Origin: an uncultured Thermoplasmatales archaeon | GTDB lineage: Archaea; Thermoplasmatota; E2; DHVEG-1 | Direction of reading: 5' to 3' | Assembly (NCBI GenBank): GCA_964601295.1 | Contig: CAZRMY010000004.1 | Coordinates: 1 to 41,374, forward strand | DNA: 41,374 nucleotides | Shown: positions 1 through 9,627 of the stretch, one piece after another | Position numbering within the stretch: the stretch's first letter is position 1 | Layout of the letters: each line of letters begins with the position of its first letter | Position numbers and translations under genes: made by a program | Notes under the pieces: model-generated | The model's input: the letters and a program-made list of their open reading frames with translations, nothing else | The model's database searches: none | Told to the model about the DNA's origin: nothing

Positions 1-115
1 GTTTTCATTGTATGGGATTTTGGCATTTTCACCAACTCTAGATTAGTGGGGTGCCATATATAGAAATAATTAAATATGTAGGATGCGTAATAAATATGTA
101 TGGGGGAGAAATGAA

Positions 116-1816
116 ATGGAAAGAAAGAAAATAATATTTTTTTCTAAAAAAGCGGTTATAATCGGAGTTGTTCTAGTGTTCTTGTGCCCGGGAGTTATCC
201 AAGGTATCCAGATTTCGGATAACACTCATAATCCCCGTATTTCACAGTCATATCCAAAAGATTTTAACTGTAAAGGGGAGCTATCATCTTTACATGTTCA
301 GCTGAGTAGGAGTCAATCTGCATCAGTTGGAGAGAATGTTGTTATTTCGGGTGAAGGTGACGATAGGTTGCCCGCCATAACCCGTGATGAGTATGGGTAT
401 ACAGTGGTTACTTGGACAAATGAGGAATCATCTGAGAATTCAAATCTTGGGTTTGTGTATTCATCAGAGCCACTTGATCCTTCATCATGGAGTGGTTGGA
501 TTATAAATTTATCTGGTTTTAATGTAGTCATGTATTCTGATATTGGATTGATAGAGGGATTTACTGATGAAATGCCCAAGCTTTTGGGGGTATATATTGC
601 ACCTGATAGTGATAGACTCGGTGGTTATGAGATCAAAGATATCACTTCAGATCCCTCGGAATGGGTATTCTTCTTTTATACTCAAGAAAAGTTAGATCCT
701 AAATACGCATCTATATCTGATGGTTTTGTATATGATTATGTGTATGATTCACCTGTTGTAGCTAATATGTATATTTATCATGTGATGCTTGCGGGAGAAT
801 ACGATATCACTGATTGTCCTGTTTGTATGGGGTATATAGATGGACAATCTCGGTTGTTAACAGCCCCTGCTATTGATCCTGATATAGTAGCGTTTGAAGA
901 TCGTTTTCATGTCACCTGGCAATATATGAACGCTTCGTTAGGTTATCCTCAAATTGTGTGGAAAAAGATTGTTCCAGCAGATGAACCTGATATTGAATTT
1001 ACTCCCTTTCAAGAATATCTAGCTGCAGGATATCATCCTGCTATAAGTGGTTTGGATGAAAATATAGTTATTGTATATATGGATAGTGAAGGCGGGATTC
1101 AATGTGCATATAGTTTTAATGATGGTGAAACCTGGGAGAACTCCACTGTTGTTGATGGAGATTGGTATTGTTATCCTGATGTATATGCTCGCGGTGATGA
1201 AATAGTCTGTGCATATATTCACTCGCCGTTTGATTGTCCAATGGGAAATTTGTACGTGAAGAAATCTTTTGATGGTGGAATAACTTGGAGTGATCCCTAT
1301 CTGATAAATGATGTTAACTGGAGTGTCTTTGCTGAAGAAAACACGGTTGATATCCACAGAGGAGGAATTGTTTGGTGCGATCAACGTAATGTCGATTTAG
1401 ATATTTATTACGAAATAATACCCTCTGAGGCACCTGATAAGCCTGAGATAACTGATGATCCCAAACGTTTCGAATCAGGAAAAGAATTTGAATTCCATGT
1501 GTGTACTACCGATCCGCAATCGGATGATATCTATTATCGATTTGATTGGGGTGACGGTACTGAAAGCGACTGGATCGGACCGTTTGCATCAGGTGAAGAG
1601 GGAAATGCTACTCATGCATGGGATACCCTAGGAGACTATGAAATTCGAGCAAAAGCCAAAGATATATCAGGGCACGAAAGTGAATGGTCTGAAGTTTGGT
1701 GGTACTGGCCAATAGATAACAATCACTGTTCTAATCCTATGTTACAAAGAATATTAGCACATCATTTTCCGAATTTATATTTTATCATCAATTATTTTTT
1801 TAATTTCTATAGCTAG
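116..1816 (+). CDS. Secreted BNR/Asp-box repeat protein (sialidase-like beta-propeller) with C-terminal PKD-like domain
   Basis: ORF 83..1816. Start moved to in-frame ATG 116 (MERKKIIFF...), preceded by an SD-like GGGGGAG at 102-108 and followed by a signal-like hydrophobic segment AVIIGVVLVFLCPGVIQG. Asp-box motifs SFNDGETWENS and SFDGGITWSD. PKD-like signature YYRFDWGDGTESDW...HAWDTLGDYEIRAKAKDISGHESEWSE. Confidence 0.6.
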   Translation: MERKKIIFFSKKAVIIGVVLVFLCPGVIQGIQISDNTHNPRISQSYPKDFNCKGELSSLHVQLSRSQSASVGENVVISGEGDDRLPAITRDEYGYTVVTWTNEESSENSNLGFVYSSEPLDPSSWSGWIINLSGFNVVMYSDIGLIEGFTDEMPKLLGVYIAPDSDRLGGYEIKDITSDPSEWVFFFYTQEKLDPKYASISDGFVYDYVYDSPVVANMYIYHVMLAGEYDITDCPVCMGYIDGQSRLLTAPAIDPDIVAFEDRFHVTWQYMNASLGYPQIVWKKIVPADEPDIEFTPFQEYLAAGYHPAISGLDENIVIVYMDSEGGIQCAYSFNDGETWENSTVVDGDWYCYPDVYARGDEIVCAYIHSPFDCPMGNLYVKKSFDGGITWSDPYLINDVNWSVFAEENTVDIHRGGIVWCDQRNVDLDIYYEIIPSEAPDKPEITDDPKRFESGKEFEFHVCTTDPQSDDIYYRFDWGDGTESDWIGPFASGEEGNATHAWDTLGDYEIRAKAKDISGHESEWSEVWWYWPIDNNHCSNPMLQRILAHHFPNLYFIINYFFNFYS

Positions 1817-2902
1817 TTTATACCCGACTCCAGCTATCGTCTGTAAACCCTTACATCCATCTTCATCATATAATTTCTGAACATTTCTACCCATTTCATC
1901 AATTGACCATGCAGCTCGTCTGAAAGCAAACTCACGATAATGAGATTCACCTGTTAACATGAGTTCACGAGCTTTTAAGAAAAGCTGTTCAGCAACAAGT
2001 TTATTTTTTTGAATATGTTCTGGGAAAAACCGTGCCTCGCGAGGGATATAATTAGGGATATGGTGTTTGTCACAGAGCTCCTTGACAAGAGTATGAACTT
2101 GTTTGCTATATGATTTATATGCTGCATCTTGTGAATACAATCGATCATATTTTTGAGGAAGGAGCGAGTCATACTTTTCAAGGTATTGGTAGAAAAATGG
2201 TTTGCAGGCACCCCAAAGTGTTAAGCCCGCATCAAGTACATAACTGCCACCCGCATCTTTGGTATTTTTTACCAGCAATTCTATATCTTCAGCTGTATCA
2301 TAAATATATGGCAAAATCGGCATAAATATCGCACCGGTCTGTATACCTTCACCGGAGAGTTCTTTCATCGCATCAAACCGCTGCTGAATTGAAGGCGACA
2401 TAGGCTCAAAATGAGTTTTCCGTTTATCATCAACCCCAGATATAAGTGACCATCCTACATTCACATACGTTTGATTGTTAATCTCTTTTAACAGATCGAT
2501 ATCACGTAACAGCATCGATGATTTTTCGTTAATAAAAACCGGAAACCCCATATGTAAACAAACTTCCAGTAACTGTCGCACCAATTTGTATGTAGATTCA
2601 ACAGGCTGATAACCACTGATATAGATGATATCCACGGGTTTGTTTTTCAATTCTTTTTTCAAAAGGGGCGGTGCATTGCTTTTTATTTTGATATACTGAG
2701 AAAACGGGTCATCTAGATCTTTTGATTTTTCATAACGTGAGAGATAGTTGTATTTTTCTTGCCGGCTGTAACAGTAGCTACATCCATACTGACACCCAAC
2801 ATACGGATCCACACTGTATTTAGACCAGAACCACCCGCCATCATTATGTTTATGGACATTCAGAATTTTTTTTGGTGTATACAGTTCATGTTGGACTTTC
2901 AT
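1775..2902 (-). CDS. Radical SAM protein, SplB-like ('DNA repair photolyase', COG1533-type) with C-terminal helix-hairpin-helix-like motif
   Basis: 375-aa ORF. CxxxCxxC cluster motif VGCQYGCSYCY (C37/C41/C44, nt 2771-2794) preceded by the SKYSVDPYVGC context typical of this family. C-terminal LQTIAGVGYKLAIEI resembles an HhH DNA-binding motif. Confidence 0.65.
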   Translation of the reverse strand: MKVQHELYTPKKILNVHKHNDGGWFWSKYSVDPYVGCQYGCSYCYSRQEKYNYLSRYEKSKDLDDPFSQYIKIKSNAPPLLKKELKNKPVDIIYISGYQPVESTYKLVRQLLEVCLHMGFPVFINEKSSMLLRDIDLLKEINNQTYVNVGWSLISGVDDKRKTHFEPMSPSIQQRFDAMKELSGEGIQTGAIFMPILPYIYDTAEDIELLVKNTKDAGGSYVLDAGLTLWGACKPFFYQYLEKYDSLLPQKYDRLYSQDAAYKSYSKQVHTLVKELCDKHHIPNYIPREARFFPEHIQKNKLVAEQLFLKARELMLTGESHYREFAFRRAAWSIDEMGRNVQKLYDEDGCKGLQTIAGVGYKLAIEIKKIIDDKI

Positions 2903-2938
2903 GAGCAGTCCGACATAATAGATATCATGCTAAAAAAA

Positions 2939-4606
2939 TCATTCTATGGGGGTCGTTGTCGTATTGTTGAAGTAGTTACGTAATTCACTGATTTTTTTAC
3001 GTTCTTGCTTAGTAGTATCTCTATCTCGGATGGTCACCGTGTTATCTGCAAGCGTATCATGATCAACAGTCACACAAAATGGTGTACCGATCTCATCCAT
3101 ACGTGCATATCGACGGCCAATCGTCCCCCCTTCATCATAGGCGGTTGCAATCCCTGCATCACGAAGCTGACTGTTGATATCCTGTGCTAGATCAACTAGT
3201 TTTGCATCACTTATTAATGGGAATACACCTACTTTTACCGGAGCAATACGCGGGTTCAACGTAAGCAGATGATACGATTCATCTTTCTTGATGATCTCCT
3301 TAAAATTATGTTCTAAGATGCAATAAATTATACGGTCAACCCCATAGGATGGTTCAATGACATGGGGGATAAAACGCTCACCCGTTTCCTTTTCCTCTGT
3401 GGTAACAACATCATATCCCTCTTGAGGGATGGTAACTTCCTTCTTGTCTATCGTTACTGTGATCTCATCTGATTGTGGTGGTGGCATAGTTTCAAGCAGT
3501 GTTTTAATTGTGCCTGCTTCACTTTTAAACAATGGGCCAAGGACATCCATTTTTGGCACAATCCGTGTTTTTTCTACTGTCCGTGGTGTTTCATATTTTC
3601 GTAATGCATACATATCGTTACCTGATGCATCGATATGCGCCTGGAGATCATAAGCGGAGCGATCAGCAATCCCCACGCATTCAATCCAACCAAACCGTTC
3701 ACTATACAGTTCAGCATCCCAGCATTCTGAGGCATAATGCGCAAGCTCATCTTCAGCATGTTTACGAAATCGAAATTTTTCTGGATCAACACCCGCATGC
3801 AAGAGAAACTCTTGGGTAAGATACATGTAATACGCAAGCGCTTGACTATTTACCACCTGTTTGTTTACTGCGTCTGCAAGTGAGAGTGTTAGTTTTTGTT
3901 TGTTATCATATAAGAAGAGTTTCTTGGATTTAACATGGGTGAACCGTGGGTGTGTTTTATCTTGTGGATCAAAAAAGATTTCAGCTTCAGCCATAGAGAA
4001 CTCACGCATACGGATAACCCCTTGACGTGGTGATACCTCATTACGATACCCGCGGCCAAGCTGTATCACACCAAGTGGGATTTTCTCCCGGCAGAACCGA
4101 TACAGTAGATGAAAATTGGTGAAAATACCCTGCGCCGTTTCCGGGCGTAAGAACGCATCTCTGCTGTTTCCAATCCCAATGTTTGTGGAAAACATTAGGT
4201 TCACGGGATGTGCATCACCAAGTTGTTTACCACAGGTGGGACAGATCACCTTGTTTTCTTTGAGTGCTTGCTCAATTGAGCTGTCTGGATCAATAATGTC
4301 TTCGACTTTATATGAACGCTTACATTTTTTGCAATCAACGGTTAAATCAGTAAATTCGTCGACATGCCCGGATGCTTTTAGTACTTCGTACAATGTTATC
4401 GTAGGGGTGTTTATTTCCACGCAAGTATCCTTTTGTAGATAAAAATATCTCCACAGGTTTTCAATATTATTCTTTAACTGTGAACCCAATGGCCCGTAAT
4501 CGTAGAAACCTGCGGCACCGCCGTATATTTCAAAGGATGGAAAAATAAACCCACGGCGTTTTGCCAACATCATGATTTTATCGTAGATATCCTGTGGCAT
4601 CAGCAT
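2939..4606 (-). CDS. glyS: Glycine--tRNA ligase, archaeal/eukaryotic alpha2 type
   Basis: 555-aa ORF. N-terminus AKRRGFIFPSFEIYGGAAGFYDYGPLGSQLKNNIENLW. Class II core RGYRNEVSPRQGVIRMREFSMAE and EPSYGVDRIIY. C-terminal anticodon-binding region PRIAPVKVGVFPL...GRRYARMDEIGTPFCVTVD. Confidence 0.92.
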   Translation of the reverse strand: MLMPQDIYDKIMMLAKRRGFIFPSFEIYGGAAGFYDYGPLGSQLKNNIENLWRYFYLQKDTCVEINTPTITLYEVLKASGHVDEFTDLTVDCKKCKRSYKVEDIIDPDSSIEQALKENKVICPTCGKQLGDAHPVNLMFSTNIGIGNSRDAFLRPETAQGIFTNFHLLYRFCREKIPLGVIQLGRGYRNEVSPRQGVIRMREFSMAEAEIFFDPQDKTHPRFTHVKSKKLFLYDNKQKLTLSLADAVNKQVVNSQALAYYMYLTQEFLLHAGVDPEKFRFRKHAEDELAHYASECWDAELYSERFGWIECVGIADRSAYDLQAHIDASGNDMYALRKYETPRTVEKTRIVPKMDVLGPLFKSEAGTIKTLLETMPPPQSDEITVTIDKKEVTIPQEGYDVVTTEEKETGERFIPHVIEPSYGVDRIIYCILEHNFKEIIKKDESYHLLTLNPRIAPVKVGVFPLISDAKLVDLAQDINSQLRDAGIATAYDEGGTIGRRYARMDEIGTPFCVTVDHDTLADNTVTIRDRDTTKQERKKISELRNYFNNTTTTPIE

Positions 4607-4634
4607 CGGTAACTCGTTAGCATTATTTAAAAGG

Positions 4635-5495
4635 TCATTTTTTACTGGTTTGAAACATGCATGCTAATAGATCAATATCTGAGACCATGCCAACCAGGCG
4701 GTCTTCAGAGGTAACCACAGGTACATGACTAATTTTATTTTTCACCATTTTTTTAGCGAGCTGAGAAATTGGGGTATGGCGTAATGCTTTGATTACATCG
4801 GTGACCATGATTTCTTTTACCGGTACTGGCGGTAGTTCAACCTGGGTGGTGGAATAATATAGTCGCATGGTATCGCGGATGCCCTCCCAGGTCCATTCAT
4901 CTTCATCTCCACCCATGCCCATATCGGTACGTGAGACGCTTTCTTTTACATGGCTGAGTTTAAACAGGTCTCCTTCGCTGATAACCCCAGCGAGTTTACG
5001 GGTATCATCTAACACGGGTAATGCGGTTTCGTTGGTGACATTGATGATTTCCATGACGATGGTGATAGGCGTATCTTGATGGATTGGCACTAAGTTATGG
5101 GTTAGGAAATCCTGGGTGACTTCTGTAGGATATTTATCAATAATTGCATGTTTTAATATGTCTGTGGGACTAATAATACCTGCGAGGTTTTTCCGTTTGT
5201 CAACTACGGGTAAACCATGGATTCGATGAGTATGCAGCAGCTTTGCTGCCTCAACGAGATCTGCATCTTTGTCGATAAGATGCGGGTTTTGACTCATAAT
5301 TAATGCTAGTTGCTCCTCGTCTGCGTGTTTAAAAATATCACTACGGGTTACTACACCCGCAACAGTTTTACTATCCTTTTTCAAAATTGGCATTCCTGAT
5401 ACATTATGTTTTGCAAGTGTTTCTAATGCCTCCCAAATTGTACCGGGGACATAGCCAACAATTAAATCCTTAGACATTGCATCTTCAACTTTCAT
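4635..5495 (-). CDS. CBS domain-containing protein (four tandem CBS motifs)
   Basis: 286-aa ORF with four repeats of the CBS pattern (..VSGMPILKKD..GVVTRSDI.., ..IHGLPVVDKR..GIISPTDI.., ..ETALPVLDDT..GVISEGDL.., ..ISHVPVVTSE..GMVSDIDL..). Confidence 0.8.
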   Translation of the reverse strand: MKVEDAMSKDLIVGYVPGTIWEALETLAKHNVSGMPILKKDSKTVAGVVTRSDIFKHADEEQLALIMSQNPHLIDKDADLVEAAKLLHTHRIHGLPVVDKRKNLAGIISPTDILKHAIIDKYPTEVTQDFLTHNLVPIHQDTPITIVMEIINVTNETALPVLDDTRKLAGVISEGDLFKLSHVKESVSRTDMGMGGDEDEWTWEGIRDTMRLYYSTTQVELPPVPVKEIMVTDVIKALRHTPISQLAKKMVKNKISHVPVVTSEDRLVGMVSDIDLLACMFQTSKK

Positions 5496-5514
5496 GTTAC
5501 ACCCCTTAAGTTTC

Positions 5515-6525
5515 TTAACCTACAACATACATGGTCTTTAATGTATCTTTGCATAAGACAACAAAGTCGGCAGGCGAGTTTAGACCCAGAATGTTAAGAC
5601 TCAAATTTAAAGCTTTCCGAGCAGTAAATGTAACCATGACAAGCAGCTCATGCAGCGAAAAACTATACTCCTTTGTGTAAACAAATCGCATTTCCTCTAA
5701 AATATCAGGTGATGTAATCATTGCGTTATCTGTTCCTAAGACTATCTGGTTGCCAACCTGTTTCATCAATTGTAAATTTGGTTGCAGACCAAAAAATTCA
5801 TTGGACCGTGGGCATACCACTATAGGTATACCTGCTGCTTTTACTTTTCTTAGATCCTCTTCTGTTGCCTTTACCATATGTACCAGCATATCTGGTTTCA
5901 ACTTGAGGACTTTGTCGATGTCTTCTCTAATTACTTCACTGCAATGTAACGCAAATAGTTTCTTCTGCTGATGAACATGCGCGGCAATTTTTTCTAACGT
6001 GGGGTACTCCCAGTCTGAAATACTACTCAGTCCAATGCCTGCGGAGATATCAAGTAGCTCAGTAAGCTCCTGTGTATCATATGTTAAATCATACGGCCGC
6101 GAGAAACATAGCACATCTATATCAACTGGGGTAATTGCTTTTTGTAACATGCGCACTCCCCGTGGTCCTCCTTCTCTGAAATCACAAAAACAGCTGGTAC
6201 CACACCTTGCCATTGCACCAGCAGCATGATACATTCCCTGCTGTATTTCTTTATCAGATGCCGAACGTAACAACCGGTGTTTTAACCCCTCAGGCGGTGC
6301 CACAAGCTTCTCAACATCGCGTGGCAACCGCAGATTTTTCTCAGCGATAAAAGCATCCCCAATATGAGTATGACAGTTTATGACTGAAGGAATAATTACA
6401 CCCTCTGCAACTGGGGGAACGGGTGGACGTCCACTTCCTCGTTCTACTATCAGCGCATCATCAAAACCAATATACCCTTGTTCGAACCCCTGTCTCGTTA
6501 AAATATCCCCAGCAACATACTCCAT
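5515..6525 (-). CDS. Amidohydrolase-superfamily metal-dependent hydrolase (chlorohydrolase/deaminase-like)
   Basis: ORF 5515..6642 trimmed to ATG at 6525 (MEYVAGDIL...), which places the HxH motif (VINCHTHIGDAF) about 50 aa from the N-terminus as usual. Later FALHCSE and LGTDNAM motifs fit the amidohydrolase fold. Substrate is unknown. Confidence 0.6.
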   Translation of the reverse strand: MEYVAGDILTRQGFEQGYIGFDDALIVERGSGRPPVPPVAEGVIIPSVINCHTHIGDAFIAEKNLRLPRDVEKLVAPPEGLKHRLLRSASDKEIQQGMYHAAGAMARCGTSCFCDFREGGPRGVRMLQKAITPVDIDVLCFSRPYDLTYDTQELTELLDISAGIGLSSISDWEYPTLEKIAAHVHQQKKLFALHCSEVIREDIDKVLKLKPDMLVHMVKATEEDLRKVKAAGIPIVVCPRSNEFFGLQPNLQLMKQVGNQIVLGTDNAMITSPDILEEMRFVYTKEYSFSLHELLVMVTFTARKALNLSLNILGLNSPADFVVLCKDTLKTMYVVG

Positions 6526-6763
6526 AGTGTCACGTGTAATAAAAATGATGCTATATATTTCCTTTTCTTCAACAAAATATTGTTCTAACTGAAAACCGAT
6601 AGCAGTATAGAAATATTTTTGAACACACCCTCTTATATCCACTCAATGTGATGCTGCTAATACGTTAGATCATATCCATAATACTTTTATTATAATCCCA
6701 TGGAGGCTGAAACGTATCATATTAGATGATCAGAATCAAATTAATAAAATCGATACATCCCAT

Positions 6764-7777
6764 ATGCTCGACACACTCGCTCAGTTCCCCGAACAAATAC
6801 AGGATGCACTTGCACTCACTGAAAACATTGATACACCAGCTATTCTCAAAATAGATAACATTTTAATCTGCGGCATGGGTGGATCAGGAATTATAGGACA
6901 CATAATAGCACGATTATTCAGGGATAAATTAGATGTACCCGTGGTTGTCAACAAAGAATATACCGTTCCTAAATGGGTGAACAAAAACACCTTAGCAATA
7001 TTTATTTCTTATTCTGGGGAAACAGAAGAACTCATTAAAGCATTAAAACACGCAGCACAAAAAAAATGTAAAATCTACTGTGTTTCTTCAGGTGGGAAAT
7101 TACGTGATATTTGCCAGGAGCACAGTCTCCCTCACATCACTGTTCCAACTGGTATCGCACCGCGTGCTGCCCTCGCGTATTTGTTGTTTCCACCAATTCA
7201 TATCATCCAGCATTTAGGACTCATAAAACACTCTCTAGAATCAGATATAAAGGAAACCATCGAAGTTATTACACAACTACGAGAAAAATATCGAAAAGAA
7301 ACCCCGTCAAAGGACAACCTTGCAAAACAACTAGCAACCAATCTACATAACACCATACCACAGGTATACGGCTGGGATATCTACACCCCTATCGCACGTA
7401 GATGGCAAACACAGTTTAACGAAAATAGTAAGCTTATCGCAACTGCAGCTTTTGTTCCTGAATGCAACCACAATGATATCGTTGGATGGTCATTAAACCC
7501 TGAATCATCACAATATTTTTCATGTGTCCTGCTCCGTGAAAAAAACGCAGAATCAATTTTTATGTCAACACGACTTGATTTCATGAAAACATTGTTTAAG
7601 GATGTAGCAGCCAACGTGTTTGAGGTTCATCCTGAAGGGAAAAGTAGATTAGCGAAAATGATGTCAACCACGTACCTGGGTGATTTCACCAGCTGTTATC
7701 TTGCCATATTACGAAAGATTGATCCCACCCCTGTTGATATCATCACGGAACTAAAAAATCGTTTGGCATCACTATAG
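6764..7777 (+). CDS. Bifunctional phosphoglucose/phosphomannose isomerase (archaeal PGI/PMI family, SIS domain)
   Basis: 337-aa ORF. SIS motifs CGMGGSGIIG and ISYSGETEE. Family-typical C-terminal signature RRWQTQFNENSKLIA...PECNHNDIVGW. Confidence 0.75.
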   Translation: MLDTLAQFPEQIQDALALTENIDTPAILKIDNILICGMGGSGIIGHIIARLFRDKLDVPVVVNKEYTVPKWVNKNTLAIFISYSGETEELIKALKHAAQKKCKIYCVSSGGKLRDICQEHSLPHITVPTGIAPRAALAYLLFPPIHIIQHLGLIKHSLESDIKETIEVITQLREKYRKETPSKDNLAKQLATNLHNTIPQVYGWDIYTPIARRWQTQFNENSKLIATAAFVPECNHNDIVGWSLNPESSQYFSCVLLREKNAESIFMSTRLDFMKTLFKDVAANVFEVHPEGKSRLAKMMSTTYLGDFTSCYLAILRKIDPTPVDIITELKNRLASL

Positions 7778-7791
7778 GTTTAGACACCAGG

Positions 7792-7799
7792 TTTTTTTT
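7792..7799 (+). terminator. Oligo-T (T8) tract inside palindrome GTTTTTTTTCAAAAAAAC, 15 nt after the PGI/PMI stop
   Basis: T8 at 7792-7799; palindrome at 7791-7808. Archaeal transcription terminates at oligo-T tracts. Confidence 0.5.
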
Positions 7800-7880
7800 C
7801 AAAAAAACATAAATATCGTTTATTCAATCATACAAACTAAAACATTTAAACCACCCTAACACGTTTATGTTATAAAATAT

Positions 7881-9077
7881 ATGAGGAGAGCGATGCATCG
7901 AAGATATTCCTATAGTTTGGCCATATTTTTCTTTTGCATACTGAGTATGCCCCTGATGTCATTGTTTACTGACTATAGTACTGCTCAGGAGGACGCGCTG
8001 GTAATCGCCATCTGGGATTATGATAACGAGGCATACACATCAGAGTATATACTATTAGAAGGAAAAGACTATGGAATTGAAGTATGGTATCAAGAGTCCA
8101 ACACACTAGCCTATGGTGTAACAGTCACTGTTTTAGGCAACACCTATCTAACCAGCGAAAACGAGTTAGATGAGATTCAAATAGAAACACCCTCATATGA
8201 AGAGTATCCTAATGGATTTGATATCACGGCTACCAAATCAGGGTACACCGGTGATCAAATCTCAGTTACTATATCCCGAGGTCCGCTCAGAGTAAACACC
8301 ACCGTTACATCCATCACTGAAAAACAGGATGTTACCGTAACCGTACATGATCATCAAGGCGACCCCATATCAGGAGCAACAATAACTATGGATACTACGC
8401 CAGTTGCAGAAACCGATGCATACGGAGAAGCAGTTATTACCACACCAGATGTCCCCGAAACACAAAATATTCAAATACAGGCATATAAAGACGGGTATCA
8501 ACACGGCAGCGTAACCATTGAAATCAGGCATGTTGCTGCTCCTTTTTTTCCCTTTGACTATATTGACCCTTTGTATCTTGCGATACTACTGGTTATTTTA
8601 GCCATCGTGTTTGTGACACTTCGTAACCGAAAATTGCGACGTACCTACATGAAACCTACACACTCTTCACCTTCGAAAAATACCCCTGAACAAGAAGAAA
8701 ACACTGATCCATCGCTTACCCCGGAGGTCACTATACAAAACAAACACGTCTATAGCACCAATGAAAAAGTAGTCCCCCTCTCAGTCAATAACAAACAGTC
8801 AAAAGTCGAAGAAATCCGTATCAAGCGCCCTGGAAAACAAAAAGATACTCAATACATTAAAGAAGAACCCGAGAAAAAGAAAAAAAAACCATTGCGGCAT
8901 CACCGAAAACATGAATATGACTGGTTTGAGGGAACCGAAAACATGCGGTATAAAATCGATAAAATCACTGGTGAAATTGATGAAGATACGATCGATAAAT
9001 GGTTCGAAGGCGTCGAAGATATCCGCTCAAAAATAGATGAAGCGATTACCAAGAAGAATAAGAAACACAAAAAATGA
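7881..9077 (+). CDS. Type I membrane-anchored surface protein (signal peptide, carboxypeptidase-regulatory/Ig-like domains, single TM, Lys-rich cytoplasmic tail)
   Basis: 398-aa ORF. N-terminal hydrophobic segment LAIFFFCILSMPLMSLF. Domain VTVTVHDHQGDPISGATITMDTTPVAETDAYGEAVITTPDV resembles the repeats of ORF 30595..32340. TM segment LYLAILLVILAIVFVTL followed by RNRKLRR. Tail has EKKKKKP and a duplicated WFEG(T/V)E(N/D)(M/I)R(Y/S)KID motif. Confidence 0.5.
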   Translation: MRRAMHRRYSYSLAIFFFCILSMPLMSLFTDYSTAQEDALVIAIWDYDNEAYTSEYILLEGKDYGIEVWYQESNTLAYGVTVTVLGNTYLTSENELDEIQIETPSYEEYPNGFDITATKSGYTGDQISVTISRGPLRVNTTVTSITEKQDVTVTVHDHQGDPISGATITMDTTPVAETDAYGEAVITTPDVPETQNIQIQAYKDGYQHGSVTIEIRHVAAPFFPFDYIDPLYLAILLVILAIVFVTLRNRKLRRTYMKPTHSSPSKNTPEQEENTDPSLTPEVTIQNKHVYSTNEKVVPLSVNNKQSKVEEIRIKRPGKQKDTQYIKEEPEKKKKKPLRHHRKHEYDWFEGTENMRYKIDKITGEIDEDTIDKWFEGVEDIRSKIDEAITKKNKKHKK

Positions 9078-9120
9078 ACATGTGTTTTTATAATGCCGTA
9101 ATGTATTACGGAGGCGTAAT

Positions 9121-9627
9121 ATGGGACGGAAAAAACGGTTGATACCTGATTTTTATGATCTTACAGTACATCAATTAATGGACAAACGAGTTTGGGATTT
9201 ACCTATTGTCGATGAAAATGAAGACATCCTACATATTCTTAACATACTTGGTGCCAGAAATCATATATGGGTGGTAAAAGACAAAAAATCAAAAGAGCTT
9301 ATTGGTGTGATCACTGAACATGATGTGTTGTCTATTCTTGCCCCGAAACAATTCCCCTCGTATATGTTTGGGATGCCTGATGTAAAATCATATCATCATG
9401 GCACTGCAAAAACCGCGGGTGATATCATGTGCTGCCGGGGTGTTATATCTGCGAGTAAAGATGATAAAATCGTTGATGTGCTTGCAAAAATGACCAAACA
9501 TCAACTCCGCAGACTTCCGGTTGTTGAAGATAAAAAAATTATTGGTGAAATAACCTTACATCAGTTAATTCGTAAATTCTATAATGCTACGCAGTTTGAG
9601 CCTATCGTGAATGATGAAGAAGGTTGA
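9121..9627 (+). CDS. CBS-pair (Bateman) domain protein
   Basis: 168-aa ORF. Two CBS motifs (..DLPIVDENE..GVITEHDV.. and ..LRRLPVVEDKKIIGEITLHQL..). GGAGG at 9110-9114 lies 6 nt upstream of the ATG. Confidence 0.8.
   Translation: MGRKKRLIPDFYDLTVHQLMDKRVWDLPIVDENEDILHILNILGARNHIWVVKDKKSKELIGVITEHDVLSILAPKQFPSYMFGMPDVKSYHHGTAKTAGDIMCCRGVISASKDDKIVDVLAKMTKHQLRRLPVVEDKKIIGEITLHQLIRKFYNATQFEPIVNDEEG

Noticed and set aside
102-108. Recurrent GGGGG(A/T) motif 7-9 nt upstream of the starts of three secreted-protein genes (102-108, 22199-22204, 26150-26155), considered as a shared regulatory element
   Set aside because: Position and sequence fit an ordinary Shine-Dalgarno element complementary to the 16S rRNA 3' end. 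Other genes here show GGAGG/GGTGA variants.
5515-6642. Long N-terminal extensions in the ORF track (5515..6642, 11826..12782, 28629..29516, 36233..37417, 83..1816, 30595..32367)
   Set aside because: Upstream in-frame codons create overlaps with neighbouring genes, or odd leaders before obvious N-termini or signal peptides. Internal ATGs at 6525, 11922, 28746, 37279, 116 and 32340 give canonical N-termini, so the extensions were trimmed.
9096-9111. Perfect palindrome CCGTAATGTATTACGG between the surface-protein gene and the CBS gene, abutting the GGAGG SD
   Set aside because: The 6-7-bp stem with a 2-4-nt loop is too weak to call a terminator or riboregulator. The preceding T5 (9085-9089) is sufficient for termination.
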